Of a stretch of DNA of 64,000 nucleotides, positions 29,515 through 47,847 are shown one piece after another; positions within the stretch are counted from its first letter, which is position 1, and each line of letters begins with the position of its first letter. This DNA is from the human T2T-CHM13v2.0 reference genome, Homo sapiens. The notes under the pieces are model-generated. The model was not told the origin of the DNA. It made no database searches and saw nothing but the letters and a program-made list of their open reading frames with translations. The stretch lies in assembly GCF_009914755.1 (NCBI RefSeq), contig NC_060928.1; one strand, 5' to 3'. A program made the translations under genes and the position numbers.

Positions 29515-29994
29515 CACTTCTCCCAAATCAAAGCACCCAATGGCAAGATAGTCGACTGAGACCACACTGCAGAGACTGATAAGGGATGCTCAGTGCCAGG
29601 CTGTGAGTCCTGTGGCAGAGTTCCTGAGGAGAGGGGTGGGGGTGGGGTGGTGGTGTGGAGGTGGCATGGGAAAGCTGGGAGAGGCTCCACTTTACACAGG
29701 GGAGTCAGGGAGGGCTTTGGTGGGAAAGCAGCATTTGAGCAAAGATGTGAGTGGTGTGCGGGTGAAGCGTGTTCTTCCGAAGGACACAGTGGAGACGAAG
29801 GCCCTGAGGCCGGCGGGGACTGGCCTTGCTTTTCAGGCGTCACGACCTACACCAGGCTGCTTGAGAAATGGGCACCAGCGGCCTGTGCCCCTGGCTCCCG
29901 CGGCACCTCACGCATGCTCAGCAGAGTCATCCCTTTTGGCTGCCTGGAGTCGTATATTGGGGCGCAGCTGGTGCTTTAGTTACTAGAATATCAA

Positions 29995-30190
29995 ACTGCC
30001 GTCCAGTGTGTTAGCCACTAGCCACATGTAGCTATTTAAATTGAGTTAAAATTACCCGAAATGGAAAATTCAGTTTCTTAGTCACTCTGGCCAGTCAGGC
30101 GCTCAGTAGCCACATGTGGCTTGTGGCCACCCCGTTGGGCGGCTCAGATTAGTACATTTCCACCATGCAGGAAGTTCTGTTGTTCAGCCC
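29995..30190. mobile_element. MER3/MER33-like hAT DNA transposon
   Basis: tagccactagccacatgtagctatt...aaattcagtttcttagtcac...tagccacatgtggc. Confidence 0.75.
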
Positions 30191-31010
30191 TGGTCTGTGG
30201 GACAATCTGTGACTTGAACCTTTGTTGTTCTTGATGTGTAACAGCAGCACACAGTGGGTGTGAAACGAGCAAATCCATAATGGAATGTGTGTAGCCCAGA
30301 GAGGTCTACAGAAAGAACCGCCCTCAGGGCTCCGGGGAAGGGGAAGGAAACCCAGGCCAGGTGGCAGGTGGGGGTGCTGGTCAGATAGGTATAGCGGGGA
30401 GGGCCCTGCCTGGAGTCAGCCTTGCTGGGGTTGAGGTTCTTGCCTGAGGGTGTGTTTGACCCTCCCTGTGACCTCTAGTGCACATTTAAATATGGGAGAT
30501 GACGGGGGTGGGGGAGGAGCCTACACCCCTCAGAGATGTATTCTGAAGGTGCCTGTTGTGCCTTCCAGTGAGGGGACAAAGAACCTGGTGGAGATTGAGA
30601 GAGTGCAGTCATAGAGCCAAAGATCTGAAAGTCTGCTCTGCCTGGCCGGCTGGGCGGCTGGACACAGTGCTCTATGTTCTTGTGTCTTACCTGTCTCCGA
30701 GCTGGCAGCCAGGAGGCTGTGCTTGGGAAGTGCCTGTTACAGCAGTCCATGCAGCACTTACTAGGAGGTGTTAGGGATCACCGCGTCCCGGCTTATGGCA
30801 TGAATGAACGAATGAATGAACGAATGAATGAACAAATGGATGGTAATGAGGACTTGCCTAAGGGAGGCACTGCAGGAAAGGGAAAATGGAGAAAAAGGAT
30901 TGAATCAGTTCTTGAGGGTAAACACGAGCGATTTATCTTGGCTATTAATGACTTGATGAAAGCAGGTTGGCTGTTCCGTGATCAACCAGTGCTCGAGATG
31001 TTTGTTCTGA

Positions 31011-31389
<379 letters not shown>

Positions 31390-32859
31390 AAAAGCAGCTC
31401 TTTAAGTTCTTACCACTTTATGTTGCTCCTGACATCGTCTTCCTGTGGGGAAGGCAGACACTTGCTGTGGAGCTGTGGAGTGTCAGTAACATTCAGGAAT
31501 GGCGTGAACTGAACCAAAAAAGACCTTCCTCAGCTTGCACATCTGTTCTGTGACTTGTCCCACAGACAAGGCAGTGTTTCTGCCCTGGTTTCTGGAAGGT
31601 GTTGATGTCCTTAGAAAATGCACAGAGGGCAAGGTTGTTTTGTGGGATGGGGTAAAAGGAGAATGAATTTGCTCCAGATACGTCAGACCTCCTGTGTTCA
31701 TGGAACTTCCTCAGGCTTGCAGGCAGCCTCAGGAAACAGTACGCCCATCTTCCTGGAGGCTCCAGGTGTGTGTTTAGGTCCTTTGCCAGCCCACCTTCCT
31801 TCTGCCCTAGGTGAGGTTAGGTTCAGCCTGGGAGGTGGCGATTCAGTATGAAATGCAGGAGAACTGGTGTGGGACCACAGGAATACACGGGCTTTGAGAA
31901 ACCCATGGGCAAGCCCATTCCTGCAAAGCAGTTCTTCAGCCATCAGCCACTTGCTACTCATAAATTAACTTCCCTTTGCCCAGATGGGGATAGAATCTGT
32001 TCTGCTTTTCAGATGTTAGTGGAAAATATCATAGAATAATGCAGTAATTAAAACGGTTTCCTCCTATTTCCTATCTTAAATAGGAGATTATTTAAAATAT
32101 TTACACATCTTTTTTATTTTTAGAATATTCAGTACAAGTAACACTGAATTATTTCATGCCTTCTGTATTTTTCATGTGCACACATCTTACTAGATTGCCA
32201 CATCAAATCAGTTCCTGTTTATGTTGAGCGAGCTGGGTTTGTAACTGCGAGCTGTTTCAACTCCAGTTTTGCTGATTCTTTGTTGTGAATAGCTGTGGTT
32301 TATCTCAAGAATCCTGTAAGATTCTGTATATGGAAGAATGGTGAGTCATCTAGAGTTGCAGAATAGCCCTTTTGGGCCCCACAGCAGTCCAGTTTCAGTC
32401 CAGTTTTCCTGTTCATTCCCCCTTGCCTCTAGCAAGAGGCTTTTACAACCCAGGCTCTGGGTACCAAGTGTTACAGGTACATGTTTATAGGCGTTTGAAA
32501 GTTAGAGGTTAGCTTTAAGCTCTGACCTCCTTTTAGGTTTCAGATCTGGGTGTTAAACACATTTTCTGTGGTGGGAGGAGTGAGGCGGGGAAGGCGGGTC
32601 AAAAGGAGTGGGCTCTGCCTTCCCCGCCCCCACATCCTGCAGAACCAGGCACGAGGAAGAAGGAAGGTGAGGGGCCAGTGGGTGGGATGAGGAACCATAT
32701 CTCCTGGGTCACCCTTACCCTAATACCTGGCTGTTCATTCACTGTAAGTTTTTTGCCTGGGATAGATTTTATCCCTTTTAGAGGTTCGTTTGAGAGCAGT
32801 TATTTTTAAAGCAGAAGAAATTGAGTGGCAGGCAAAATTCCTGGGACAAATACATTAAT

Positions 32860-33205
32860 ATCTAGTTAGGTGGATGAATGTTCGCTGCTGTAACAAACTT
32901 GAAATATACATAAAGCTTCAAACACAACGGAGGTTGATTTCCAGGCCATGCTCCCCTAGGTTCCTTCCGTCCTGTGGCCCCATCGTTTTCAGCAGAAGCT
33001 TGCTGGGTTGTTCGGTATTACACCAAAGCAGGGGAGAGCGTGTGTAGGGACCAGTGTGGGAGTTCTGAGGGCCAGCCGTGCCTGAAGCGGCACACACAAC
33101 TCCACTCAGAGTTAATTGGCTGGAATGCTGCCCCTACCTGTGAGGGAAGCCAGGAAAGAGGACTGCGCCCAGGACAACGAGGAAATGGGTTTGGTGAATA
33201 ACTGG
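32860..33205. mobile_element. Old MLT1 (K/L-like) LTR fragment
   Basis: gctgctgtaacaaac...aaacacaac...gaaatgggtttggtgaa resemble MLT1 motifs. Confidence 0.5.
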
Positions 33206-35361
33206 GAGCCTCGGCTGTGATGTCTTTTCCTTCCTCCCTCTGCCCCTCTCCCTTCTTCTTGAGAATTAAATGCCTGAAACCGATTAGTTGAATACCCCTC
33301 TCATTCTCTTGCCCAAGTGATAGTTCCCACCACCTGGAGGATGAAGTCCAGACCAGTTGGTGTGGCCTGCGGGGCGTGCAGGATCTGGCTGCTGCCTGCA
33401 TCTCTGGCCGCCAGTGGTGCCAGTGCTCAGAGCCAGTGACGCCCTGCCTCTGCACCTTGCCTGTTCTGCTGCCTCTCCCGGGCAAATTCTTGTTTGTCCC
33501 TTAGGATTCAGCTTAAGTGACACCTCCTCTAGGAAGCCTTCTTTGATCACCCCAACCTCTCCCAGACCTCTAATGTGGACCCCACAGTCCCTGGACTTCT
33601 TTGAGACCACACTAGCCCACTCCCCGCCCCCTCCTGGAACCTTGAGCTTCTGGAGAGCTGGGGCCACACCGTCCTCCTGTGGTTTTCCGAGCCGGTGCAG
33701 GTGGTCAGCAGATAACCTTGAGTGAATGTGAATCTAAAAAAAGTAATAAAGGGATCTGGCACACTTAACTTTTAAATCTAAATATGTTTCTTTTAAATTC
33801 TATGATTGTTCTGGGTCTTGAGAGCAGACCTCCCCAACAATTCGGTCTCCCATATGGGGTCACAGCCGTTTGGGTTTCCGATCGCGGGCACGGCACCCAT
33901 CTGCGGTGTCTGTGAAGCCGGCGCGTTCTGCCGGGGGGTTTGGGTTTTTTTGTGTGTGTGATAGATCTTTTTAGCTTAGATACGTTTCTTAAAGCTTCTC
34001 TTTGTTTAAAAATGCGCAGGAAAACTTCGGCGTCGTTCTATTTTTGTCCTTTTTAACACCTACCCCTGATTTTTCCTTCTTTTTTTATTTCCTTGCAGAC
34101 TTTGAATTTTAAACAGATAAAAATGGATGCTGTTTCCATCGTTTGGTGTCCTGCTTTTCTACGTAGAGGAAACATTTCTCAGCACAATTAAAACGTGTTC
34201 GTATGCTTATTAATGTCTTTGTAGGATTTCATCCTGTGAATCATTTGCTTGTCCAGCAATAAGGAAATGACTTTTTGCGTCTGCGTTTTGATGATGGAAT
34301 TCCCCATGGGCTTCAGAGTGCGGTGCCTGCCTTTCAGATGATTTCCTTAGGACCGAGTTCCTGGGACTTGCTGCTTCATGACCAGTGTCTCGGGCCCCTG
34401 TCAGCTCTGGCCTGTCCTCCCTGGGGTGATGGCCCTGCCGGGAGCCGTCTGTCCTTGGCAGATGGAGTTCACTGTTAGTGAGAGCCCAGCCTCTGTTTTA
34501 CAAACGAGCATGCTCCAAGCAGTGGCTGATGGGCGGTTGGAATTCACCATGGCTCTGGCCTCTGGTTCCTGTAAATTGAGGCGTAGGAAAATTAGTCCTC
34601 CCCGGGTCCTCTGGTTTACAGAATGCGGGGATGTCCAGGTTTCTCCTGTCCTCCTCATCCCTGCACTGGTTCCACGGTACTGGCTGGACACAGCGTCACT
34701 GGTTCCCAGCACAGCTGACACCCCTTCCAGGAACCTTCTCACTATCCCCGGGGCAGAGGTGGCCTTCCGGGCATGCGTGCTCCTCTCCCGTCTCCTCTGC
34801 AGCTTCCTTTTAGTCCAGTGGTGTTTCAGGTGTCTTGCTCTTACTGGAGCTCCTTAAGGACAGGGCCTGGATCTCAGTCATCCCCAATCCCCAGCTAACC
34901 CCAGCTCATGTTCCTGATTGGCCCTGGGACACTAGCAGAACGTGACTTGGTTCTGTTCACTAGTGCCATATAGAGTCAGGTTCCTGGAGCTGGTGTGAGA
35001 GTGGGAGGTTTGAATCTTCATGGGCAGGGGCTACATTATGTCAGGCTCTGAGCTTGGCATTTTCCATGTGAAAGGAGACAAGGGCTCCAGGAGAAATGGC
35101 CTGTATTTGCTGGGGTGTAGGGGCGGGCCACATGCCACTGAGCTTTAGAAGCCTGCTGGGTTAGGAATCAGCACACAGCCTGGATCAGTGAAAATACAGG
35201 AACAAGAAGATAATAGGAGAGTTTGTGCTGTAAGGCAGGTGTTTACAGTTTGATTTTTCTTGAGTGAGTAGAAATGTTGGCGTAGCTTGAAAAAAAATCT
35301 GAAATAATTCACTGTCCACGGAAAGGGCTGGAAAGGAGTTATCTTAAATTCACATAGATTA

Positions 35362-35726
<365 letters not shown>

Positions 35727-36207
35727 TTATTAAGGAGTGAAGTTCTCAGTCCTAGCTGCACAGTAGGATTACCTGGCAAACTTAACAAAGAAAAATTAAT
35801 ATATGCATTCTCCCCTCAGAGATTGATTTTCATTGGTTTGGGGTGAAACCTGGGCCTCAGGATGCTTGAAAACTCCCCGGGTGACTCTAGCACGCAGAGG
35901 GTTCAGAGCCACCAGTAGAAAGAATGGACTTTCAATTCAGACTTCAGCTCAAATATAGGCACTTTATCGCACGACCTGAGGCAAGGTTCTGTCTCTGAAT
36001 TTTCTCTTCTTCAAGACAAGCCCCGTGAGGATGGGTACCTACATTTCCGGTCATCAGGAACTATATTCCCAGTACATGACATAGCACCTAGAACATAGTT
36101 GGTTCTCAATATGTATTTGTTGAATGAAAAAAATGACATGGATGAATAAGGTTAGGATTAAATGAGAGGAGATGCTTGGGCCTATATAATTAACAGACTG
36201 CTCTTAG

Positions 36208-36514
<307 letters not shown>

Positions 36515-36969
36515 CCCTTAGTGTTATTTATTAATAAGCAGAGTTAACAGACACAAACTCTGATGGTAACTGATTGATGATATCTCCATTCTACAGATGG
36601 TAAAACTGAGGCTAGAGAGGTTCATTTCTTGCCTAACATCAGGCAGCTTGTTACGAAGCTGGGATTTGAGCTCCTGACCTGCCTGAGTCTAAATCCCACG
36701 TATATCCCCTCCCACCTTAAGTCAGATCTTACTCCTTAAGATTTCTAATATGGAAGGAACATAGTAATGTCATTCCTTCCCTGAAATGCAATCCCTAGAC
36801 CCCTCATAATTTGTGCTACTTACAAACTTATTGTTAAGTCCTCCTCTCCTCTTTTCCTTACTATTAGGTGGAGATTAAGAATAAATTAGTATTTTTCTTA
36901 GTACTGTTTTGTACTAAGTTACATGGGCATTTTTGCTCTGCCATCTCTCTCTCTCCTTGTAAAAATCTA

Positions 36970-37573
<604 letters not shown>

Positions 37574-38592
37574 ATCTAAGCTGATGTTAGAGAGTGGATC
37601 CCTGTTTACTTTTCCCCTCCTGTATTTAAATATTAGAGAGTGTTTGAAGGAGATTTCAAGGAGAGTATGACTTCAGGGAGAACACTAGATCTTGCTTTGG
37701 ACTCAGTGACTTCATCAGTGGAGACGTTCGTGGCAGAGTCATTTCAGGGTTAGTTAATGAATACCTTTTAATGCAGTTCTATCTGGCAGGTTTTATGTCA
37801 GACCTTGGGGATACAAAGACCAAGTAGGAAGCCCGCCTGCCCTACAAATGCAGGGGGAGGTGAGGTGCAAATAACAAAAATGCAATACTCCCAGCTCTGT
37901 GTCAGAGATAAATGTGGACGTGCTTTGGGAGCACAGAGGAGGGACTGCGTGGGGAGGGGGCACATGAGCCCAGGAAGGCTGCACGGGAGAGTGGTTTGAG
38001 CTGAGTTAGCATGTATTGAAATTTTATGTAAAGGAGAGCAAAGCCTGCAGAACTTAAGTACATGAAGTGAACACACTCGTGTGTCTGCCACCTCAATCAG
38101 TACAGAGACTATGACTAGAACCCCCAGAAGTCTCCTTTGGGTTCCTTCCCTGTCAGCATTTCGCTCCCCATGGGTAACCACTGTTCTGACTCTGTCACCA
38201 CACATGAGCTCTGCCTTCTTTAGGTAAATGGACTCATCCATTATGCCCTCTCATGTCTGGCTTTCTTTGCTCAACACTGGCAAACTGACCCTGGGAGGTT
38301 TTGCATAGCAGTAGCATCCATTTATTGTTGTCTAGTTTTCGGCTGTATGGGTATCCCACTCTTTGTTCTCCCATGTGTGGAGGTTTGATTTGTTCAGGGT
38401 CCAATGGTTACAAATAATGCCCACCATGGTGTTCTCACGGATGTCACTGGCGTGTGCGTGCCTGGGGGGTGGGACAGGTGGGTCTCCCGTGGGTCCCACT
38501 CGCGGTGTGTGGTGATGCCGGCTGCTCTTGATCCTTCCGAAAGGTGATATTGTCAGTTTATTTTTCTTTTTGTCATTCCGGTGACAAGGTAG

Positions 38593-40860
<2,268 letters not shown>

Positions 40861-40904
40861 CTGGTGATTACATGAACCTACCAGTGTGTTAAAACTCGTA
40901 GAAC

Positions 40905-41413
<509 letters not shown>

Positions 41414-42073
41414 ATTAAAAAGGTAATAAAACACTTTCACAAGGGAATTTTTAAAAATGTGTTCATGTACTCACCTACACCCCCTCCCTCACAGACTTTG
41501 TCAGATGATCCTCAAAGGGACATCAGAAAGTCCTTGTTGAATAAGTCTGTTTCTTATGATTAAATGATGCCAATAAATATATTTGTCGAATGATCTAATA
41601 CATTTCCCCAGGGGGTGGAATGGTGGAGGAGAGGGCTAGTGAAAGGTCTGTTCTGTGAGTGTATTTCTTCCTTAATGTTTGGAAGACTTCACCAGTAAGG
41701 CCATTTGACCTGGAGTTTTCTTTGTGAGTTTCTAAATTATTGACTTAATTTTGTTGTTGTTGTTGTTGAGGTATAATATATAAATTGTGACTGTTGAGTG
41801 TTGAGGAAGGATTTGGAGAGGCATGGGAACACGAGGCTGCAGGGTCTGTATTTGGGAAGGAGACTGGCGATGAGGCGGCAGGGCTGGGAAGGCTTTGGCT
41901 GATAGGCTGTTGTCGTGGTTATGCCCCTTTGTGGAGTGACTGCTCTGGGCCCCACCCATAGCTGATGTGCTAGACCAGATGTGGTTTGAAACTCCCTGGG
42001 TAGTGGGAACCGATGAGAAGTGTTAAGTAGGACAGCAGGAATCACCTTTCTAAGTGCATGCGGCCGTTCAGAA

Positions 42074-42255
42074 CAGTGGTTCTCAGATCCAGGTGTGCAT
42101 CGGAGCCACTGCAGGGCTCGTTGAACCAGAGATTGCTGGATCCCACCCGGGGTTTATGGTTCCATAGGTCTGGGTGGGACTCAAGAAATTTGTGTTTCTA
42201 GCCAGTGCCCAGGCGATGCCGCTGCTGGTCCAGATTCCCCACTTGAGAACCACAG
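42074..42255. mobile_element. MER5A (hAT-Charlie MITE)
   Basis: Terminal inverted repeats cagtggttctca...tgagaaccacag, ~180 bp. Confidence 0.85.
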
Positions 42256-42729
42256 GGTTTGATCGTATTCATTAATTGGCCCCCTCCCCGAATCAAATGT
42301 TGGCTGCCCTGGGGCAGGGATTTTGTCAGTTTCATCCCCTCTGGTCCCCTGGGCCAGGCACAGACTAGGTGCTCAGGACCACTCTCTGCCAGGCCAGCTC
42401 TTGTACTTGATTGTCCAGGGTTTTTTAAATTGCAAAAGTAATATGTGCTTGTTTGGTTTTTTAAAACACAGTGCAGACATCTATGAAATAAAAGTAAAAT
42501 TCCCTTTTCTGCTTCTCATCCTGTGCCTCTCAGCAGACTTCTTTGGTGCCTTGCATACATATAAACACACAGACAGGTGTTTTCTTTTTTAAGGGATGAT
42601 GGAGCTGACTGTTAGAGGATGCTGGCTGGGGCTTGAGGAGGATGATTCTGCAGGGGCTAGTTGACATAACTGAATGGCGTTGGCTCCAAGGGGAACCAAC
42701 CCATAGTGCATGCTGGTGGTTTAGACTAG

Positions 42730-43222
<493 letters not shown>

Positions 43223-43239
43223 ATAAGAATAGATCAGTT

Positions 43240-43558
43240 GGCCGGGCGCGGTGGCTCATGCCTGTAATCCCAGCATTTTGGGAGGCCGAGGCGGGCGGAT
43301 CACGAGGTCAGGAGATCGAGACCATCCTGGCTAACACGGTGAAACCCCGTCTCTACTAAAAAAAAAAAAAAAAATACAAAAAATTAGCCGGGCGAGGTGG
43401 CGGGCGCCTGTAGTCCCAGCTACTCGGGAGGCTGAGGCAGGAGAATGGCGTGAACCCCAGGGGGCGGAGCCTGCAGTGAGCCGAGATTGCGCCACTGCAC
43501 TCCAGCCTGGGCGACAGCGAGACTCCGTCTCAAAAAAAAAAAAAAAAAAAAAAAAAAA
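43240..43558 (+). mobile_element. Young AluY (Ye5-like)
   Basis: CpGs mostly intact; GGCGAGGTGG, GAACCCCAGGGGGCGGAGCC and GACAGCGAGAC variants; long pure poly-A; perfect 15-bp TSD aagaatagatcagtt. Confidence 0.9.
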
Positions 43559-43776
43559 GAATAGATCAGTTTTGGGGGACATGAGGTTGTTAGTTAGCTC
43601 TGGGTTTTCGTTTTTGTCTTCAACAGCATTTGAAGTGAGTGAGGGGGAATCCAGAGCGATGGTTCTAGTGTAGGTATTTGGATTAATTTCACGGTTCTGT
43701 GCTTGTGACTCAACGGCAGACCTGGCCGCTGCTTCACAAGGCACAGTGCCTGGCACACTGCAGACGCTCAGGAAGC

Positions 43777-43903
43777 GCTGTGTGCTTGGCGCTTTTCCAG
43801 GTCCGAGGTCCCGGTGGGTTTTGTGACAGGTAGCCTGGACGTGCTGTGTGCTTGGCGCTTTTCCAGGTCCGAGGTCCCGGTGGGTTTTGTGCCTGGTAGC
43901 CTG
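43777..43903. repeat. 66-bp tandem duplication (~1.9 copies)
   Basis: gctgtgtgcttggcgcttttccaggtccgaggtcccggtgggttttgtg starts at 43777 and again at 43843. Confidence 0.95.
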
Positions 43904-44250
43904 CCCTGCCACGGCATGTGGTGCGGAGCCGTGTCCCAGGCCCGAGAACCCGTCACTCAGGCTTTGCTTCCCAGACTTTGGGCTCACTCCTCCCTCCCTG
44001 TGACTGGGGAGGCCCGCCCTGCCGCCCCCGCCTTTCCGCCGGCCTGCTGGGTCCAGCTTGCCTTCATCTGGCAGACGCGAGGGGCGGGGCTCCGAGTGCA
44101 CCCATGGAGTTTCCCCGGGACTGTGGCTCTGGCGTGCCAGGAATGCGGCACGGGGAGAGTCCGTGCTTCTGCAGCCGGCCCCTCGGAGCTGCGAGGTCAC
44201 AGTAGACATGATGGCCATCTCCCCTGCGCTCCTGTTCACGGACAGGTTTG
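43900..44250 (+). promoter_or_regulatory. TBC1D14: Internal CpG-rich promoter with Sp/KLF GC boxes
   Basis: GGGGCGGGGC at 44081-44090, gcccgccc and gccgcccccgcc at ~44012-44032, locally elevated CpG. Confidence 0.7.
44208..44245 (+). CDS. TBC1D14: Alternative first coding exon of a short TBC1D14 isoform (MMAISPALLFTD-R)
   Basis: ATG ATG G in good Kozak context, 38 nt to donor CAG|gtttgt. Phase 2 is in frame with the 57224 exon; it sits in a CpG-rich patch with GC boxes. Confidence 0.75.
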
Positions 44251-44427
44251 TGGCTGCTTTCTTGCCTTTCTTGCTGTTGGAACTGGAGACTTAACTGGAA
44301 GCAGAGTCTTTCCCGCGTGTAGCTTTGACAGCATGTGACCGTCGGCCTTGGTTGGGCTGAGGTGTTTCTGTGGGTCTCCCCCGGTGTGAAATGGAGGTGA
44401 TCCTTTCTATCTAGGCAGCATCTCTGA

Positions 44428-44815
<388 letters not shown>

Positions 44816-47584
44816 TGGATTAACTTTTTAGCATCAGTTGCTACTTGAGTAGCATTTTCTGAAAGAAGAGTGGCTCCAAGTATTTCCAGCTCTTGGGTAC
44901 TTTGGATTGTGTGTGGAACTAGGAATTTTGAGCACAGTGATTGATCATGGTAATAGAACCTCACTTTCTTTCTTCGTGTTTCCTGTGGAGGAGGTAGGAT
45001 TTTCTTACATAGGAGGTTTGCTCTGAAGGAGGCTGCATTGTTTTTCATGTCTCTGTGACAGTTCAGAGGGCTGGCCCTTTTCCCTTGCATTTTCAAAGGA
45101 GAGTCAGAGGCCCCTATGAATGTGTGTGGCAATGTCAGTTTTTGGGGGGTGGAGATCTGGAAAGTATACCTCGGAAGTGGGATTTAGAGGAAGCATTTAG
45201 GTTTTGCCTTCTCTACCTTTGGTGAATAACAGGATTGCTATGTCCCTTCAGGAGGAAGCGTCTTAGCCTCGCTGGGCCTCGGTGTCCTGTCCGTACGGTG
45301 GCGGCTGTAATACCTTTCTTGTAGGGTCATGGGAGGAGGATGTAAAACATAGGTAAAGTGCCTGGTGCAGCACTAGGCAGGCACCTGATAGTGCCCTGCA
45401 CCAGGTAACTATGCTTCAGAAAGTGGTGGCAAAGATTCCCTCCTGGGCCTGGCACTCTCCATGGGAGCCGAGTGCTGCATGGCTCAGCTGGCTTCTGATT
45501 GCTTTGGAATCGGAAGTTGCCAGCAGTTTCTGTTAATGAGACAAAGGAGGGAAAGAGCAAGAAGCCCTGAGTAACTGCTGAAGTGCAAACAGGCGTTGAA
45601 GTGTATGGTATCTTGAGGGAGGGGACTTTGGGTTTATTTCTTAAGACTTGAGAGGCTTTGAGAAAGCCCTGATGAGTGTCCGTGGCTTGTGGAACCTGCT
45701 CCACCAGGTCAGGGAGGATTGCGTCCTGCCTCTCCAGCTGTCCTCTGCCTTCAGGGACAGGTAGCAGCCTCGGACACGTAAGTCCGAGTCGCAGCTCTGT
45801 GTTGTTTAGGTGGACGAGTCTGGGCCCATCTCCCCAGCCTCCTACCTTCCTCTTGGTTAAGTGCAATAATAATTCTCATGTAATCTTTATAAAAATTAAT
45901 TGAAAAAAGCTTTCATTCAATAATCTGAGTGTTTTACTCAGTGCCAGGAACTGTCGTAGGCACTAGAGACAGAGCGGTAATTAGAAGAGGTGGTACCCAC
46001 TTCCATGAGCTTGACATTCTGCTGAAGGAGACAGATCATAGCCCCCCGACTTGTACTTTGTTTTCATAATAAAGTTTTGTTCTTAGAGAATTCCCCAAAC
46101 TGTGTAAGCTCCAAGGCCCTCCAAACCTAGATCTGCGCCTGCGAACAGATGATGCAAGTGCTGAAGTAGCAGGTGTGCTGGAGTGTGGCGGAGTGGAGGG
46201 ATTGTGCAGGACAGACCACCCCTGGCCAGAGGCTCCTGAGCAGCTCTGGCTCACTGTGGCCACATCTTCTATTCCAAGAGAAGCTGGAAACCCAGGTTTT
46301 TCTGTTTAAAAATGTTGAACAAATCAAACTGAAGAACACGGCGTAGACAGAAAACACAGGCTCCCAACACGCCATCCCCGCTGATGGCTCCTGCGCACGC
46401 GCCTACACAGACCTGCCATTGAGCGCCTAGAGTGTGTGGGATGACTGACACGCCCGGTCCCCCTTCACTCTCGCCTGGCCCTAGGAGGAAGGTGGCATGA
46501 TCTCTAATTGCAGATGAAAGGAGGCCCAGGGACCGGGGTTGCTTGCCCGGGGCTGCTTCTCTGTGGAAGGGCAAGGCTGGCATAGCCACTGCTTGGTCTC
46601 CTCAAAGCCTCTTGTGCCTCACTTCTCAGCCAATGCAGGTGATACGAGGTTACCTCCCACCTTGTGGCTTTCTAGATGCAGACCTGTGCCTGAGCTGCCT
46701 GTGCGGGGAAGGAGCACTGGGTCTGTGGCCGGGCTCAGGTGTGGGGGCCTTCTCACCAAGAGAGCCGCGGTTCCTCACCGCTCCATTTGCTAGAAGCGAA
46801 CAAAGGTGGCCCCGGGAGTGGGATGGACAGCCAGTAAGCTGCTTCCGGCTACTTGGTTGTCTTTGCCTTTTTACCATTGATTTGGTATCTCCTCCACCAC
46901 ACCCCACAGCTTTGCCTTTCTTAGGAAAAGTCTGGGAGTGGAGCAGGAGCATGGTTGCACCGTGCTGGGAGCCACATCGCTTGCTGTGTGCTCCTCTTGA
47001 GGGTGGCGCCGGCCAGCTGTTCTTCATTTGTACTGGGAGGAAAGTGGAGAAACTTGTAGCCTGCACTGGGAAACTAGACTCCATGGGTCCACCGGTACTT
47101 GCCTGGGGAGGCCTGGAAGGGCCTGAGTTTGAGTCCCAGATGGGTGACCTTGAGAACTGACCTAATGTCTAGGCTATTTTCCTTGGAACACTATCACCAA
47201 TCTCACGTTGAAGCAGTGGGTGATGTTTACAGTAAATTCCATGGGAGCAGGCGCTCCATGCCTGGAACAGTGTGTGACTTAGAGTCAACATACATTTGAA
47301 CAAGTAAATATTTAGGTAAAGAAATACTTGGACAGATGGAGGTGAAAGTTGCTGGCATGGTACGGCGTCTCCTTGCTCTGTAAAGGTGTTTTGTTTCTGT
47401 GTTCTGAAGCCGGGGGCACACTTCCTCTCCTTTACCCATATAGCGCTCGCCTCTTGCTTTTGCCTACTGGTCTCCTCTGGTCTTGCCAGGAGAGGAATTT
47501 GGGCTGGTGATTGGGCACTTCTTGCTATATTCCTGGGAAGAGAATGTGTCTTTTAGGTTTTATCTTAGAAAGTTAGAGGGAGAA

Positions 47585-47847
<263 letters not shown>

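Noticed and set aside
43331-44239. 302-aa minus-strand ORF
   Set aside because: Composite of the GC-rich promoter, the 66-bp duplication and an antisense-read AluY (poly-Phe).
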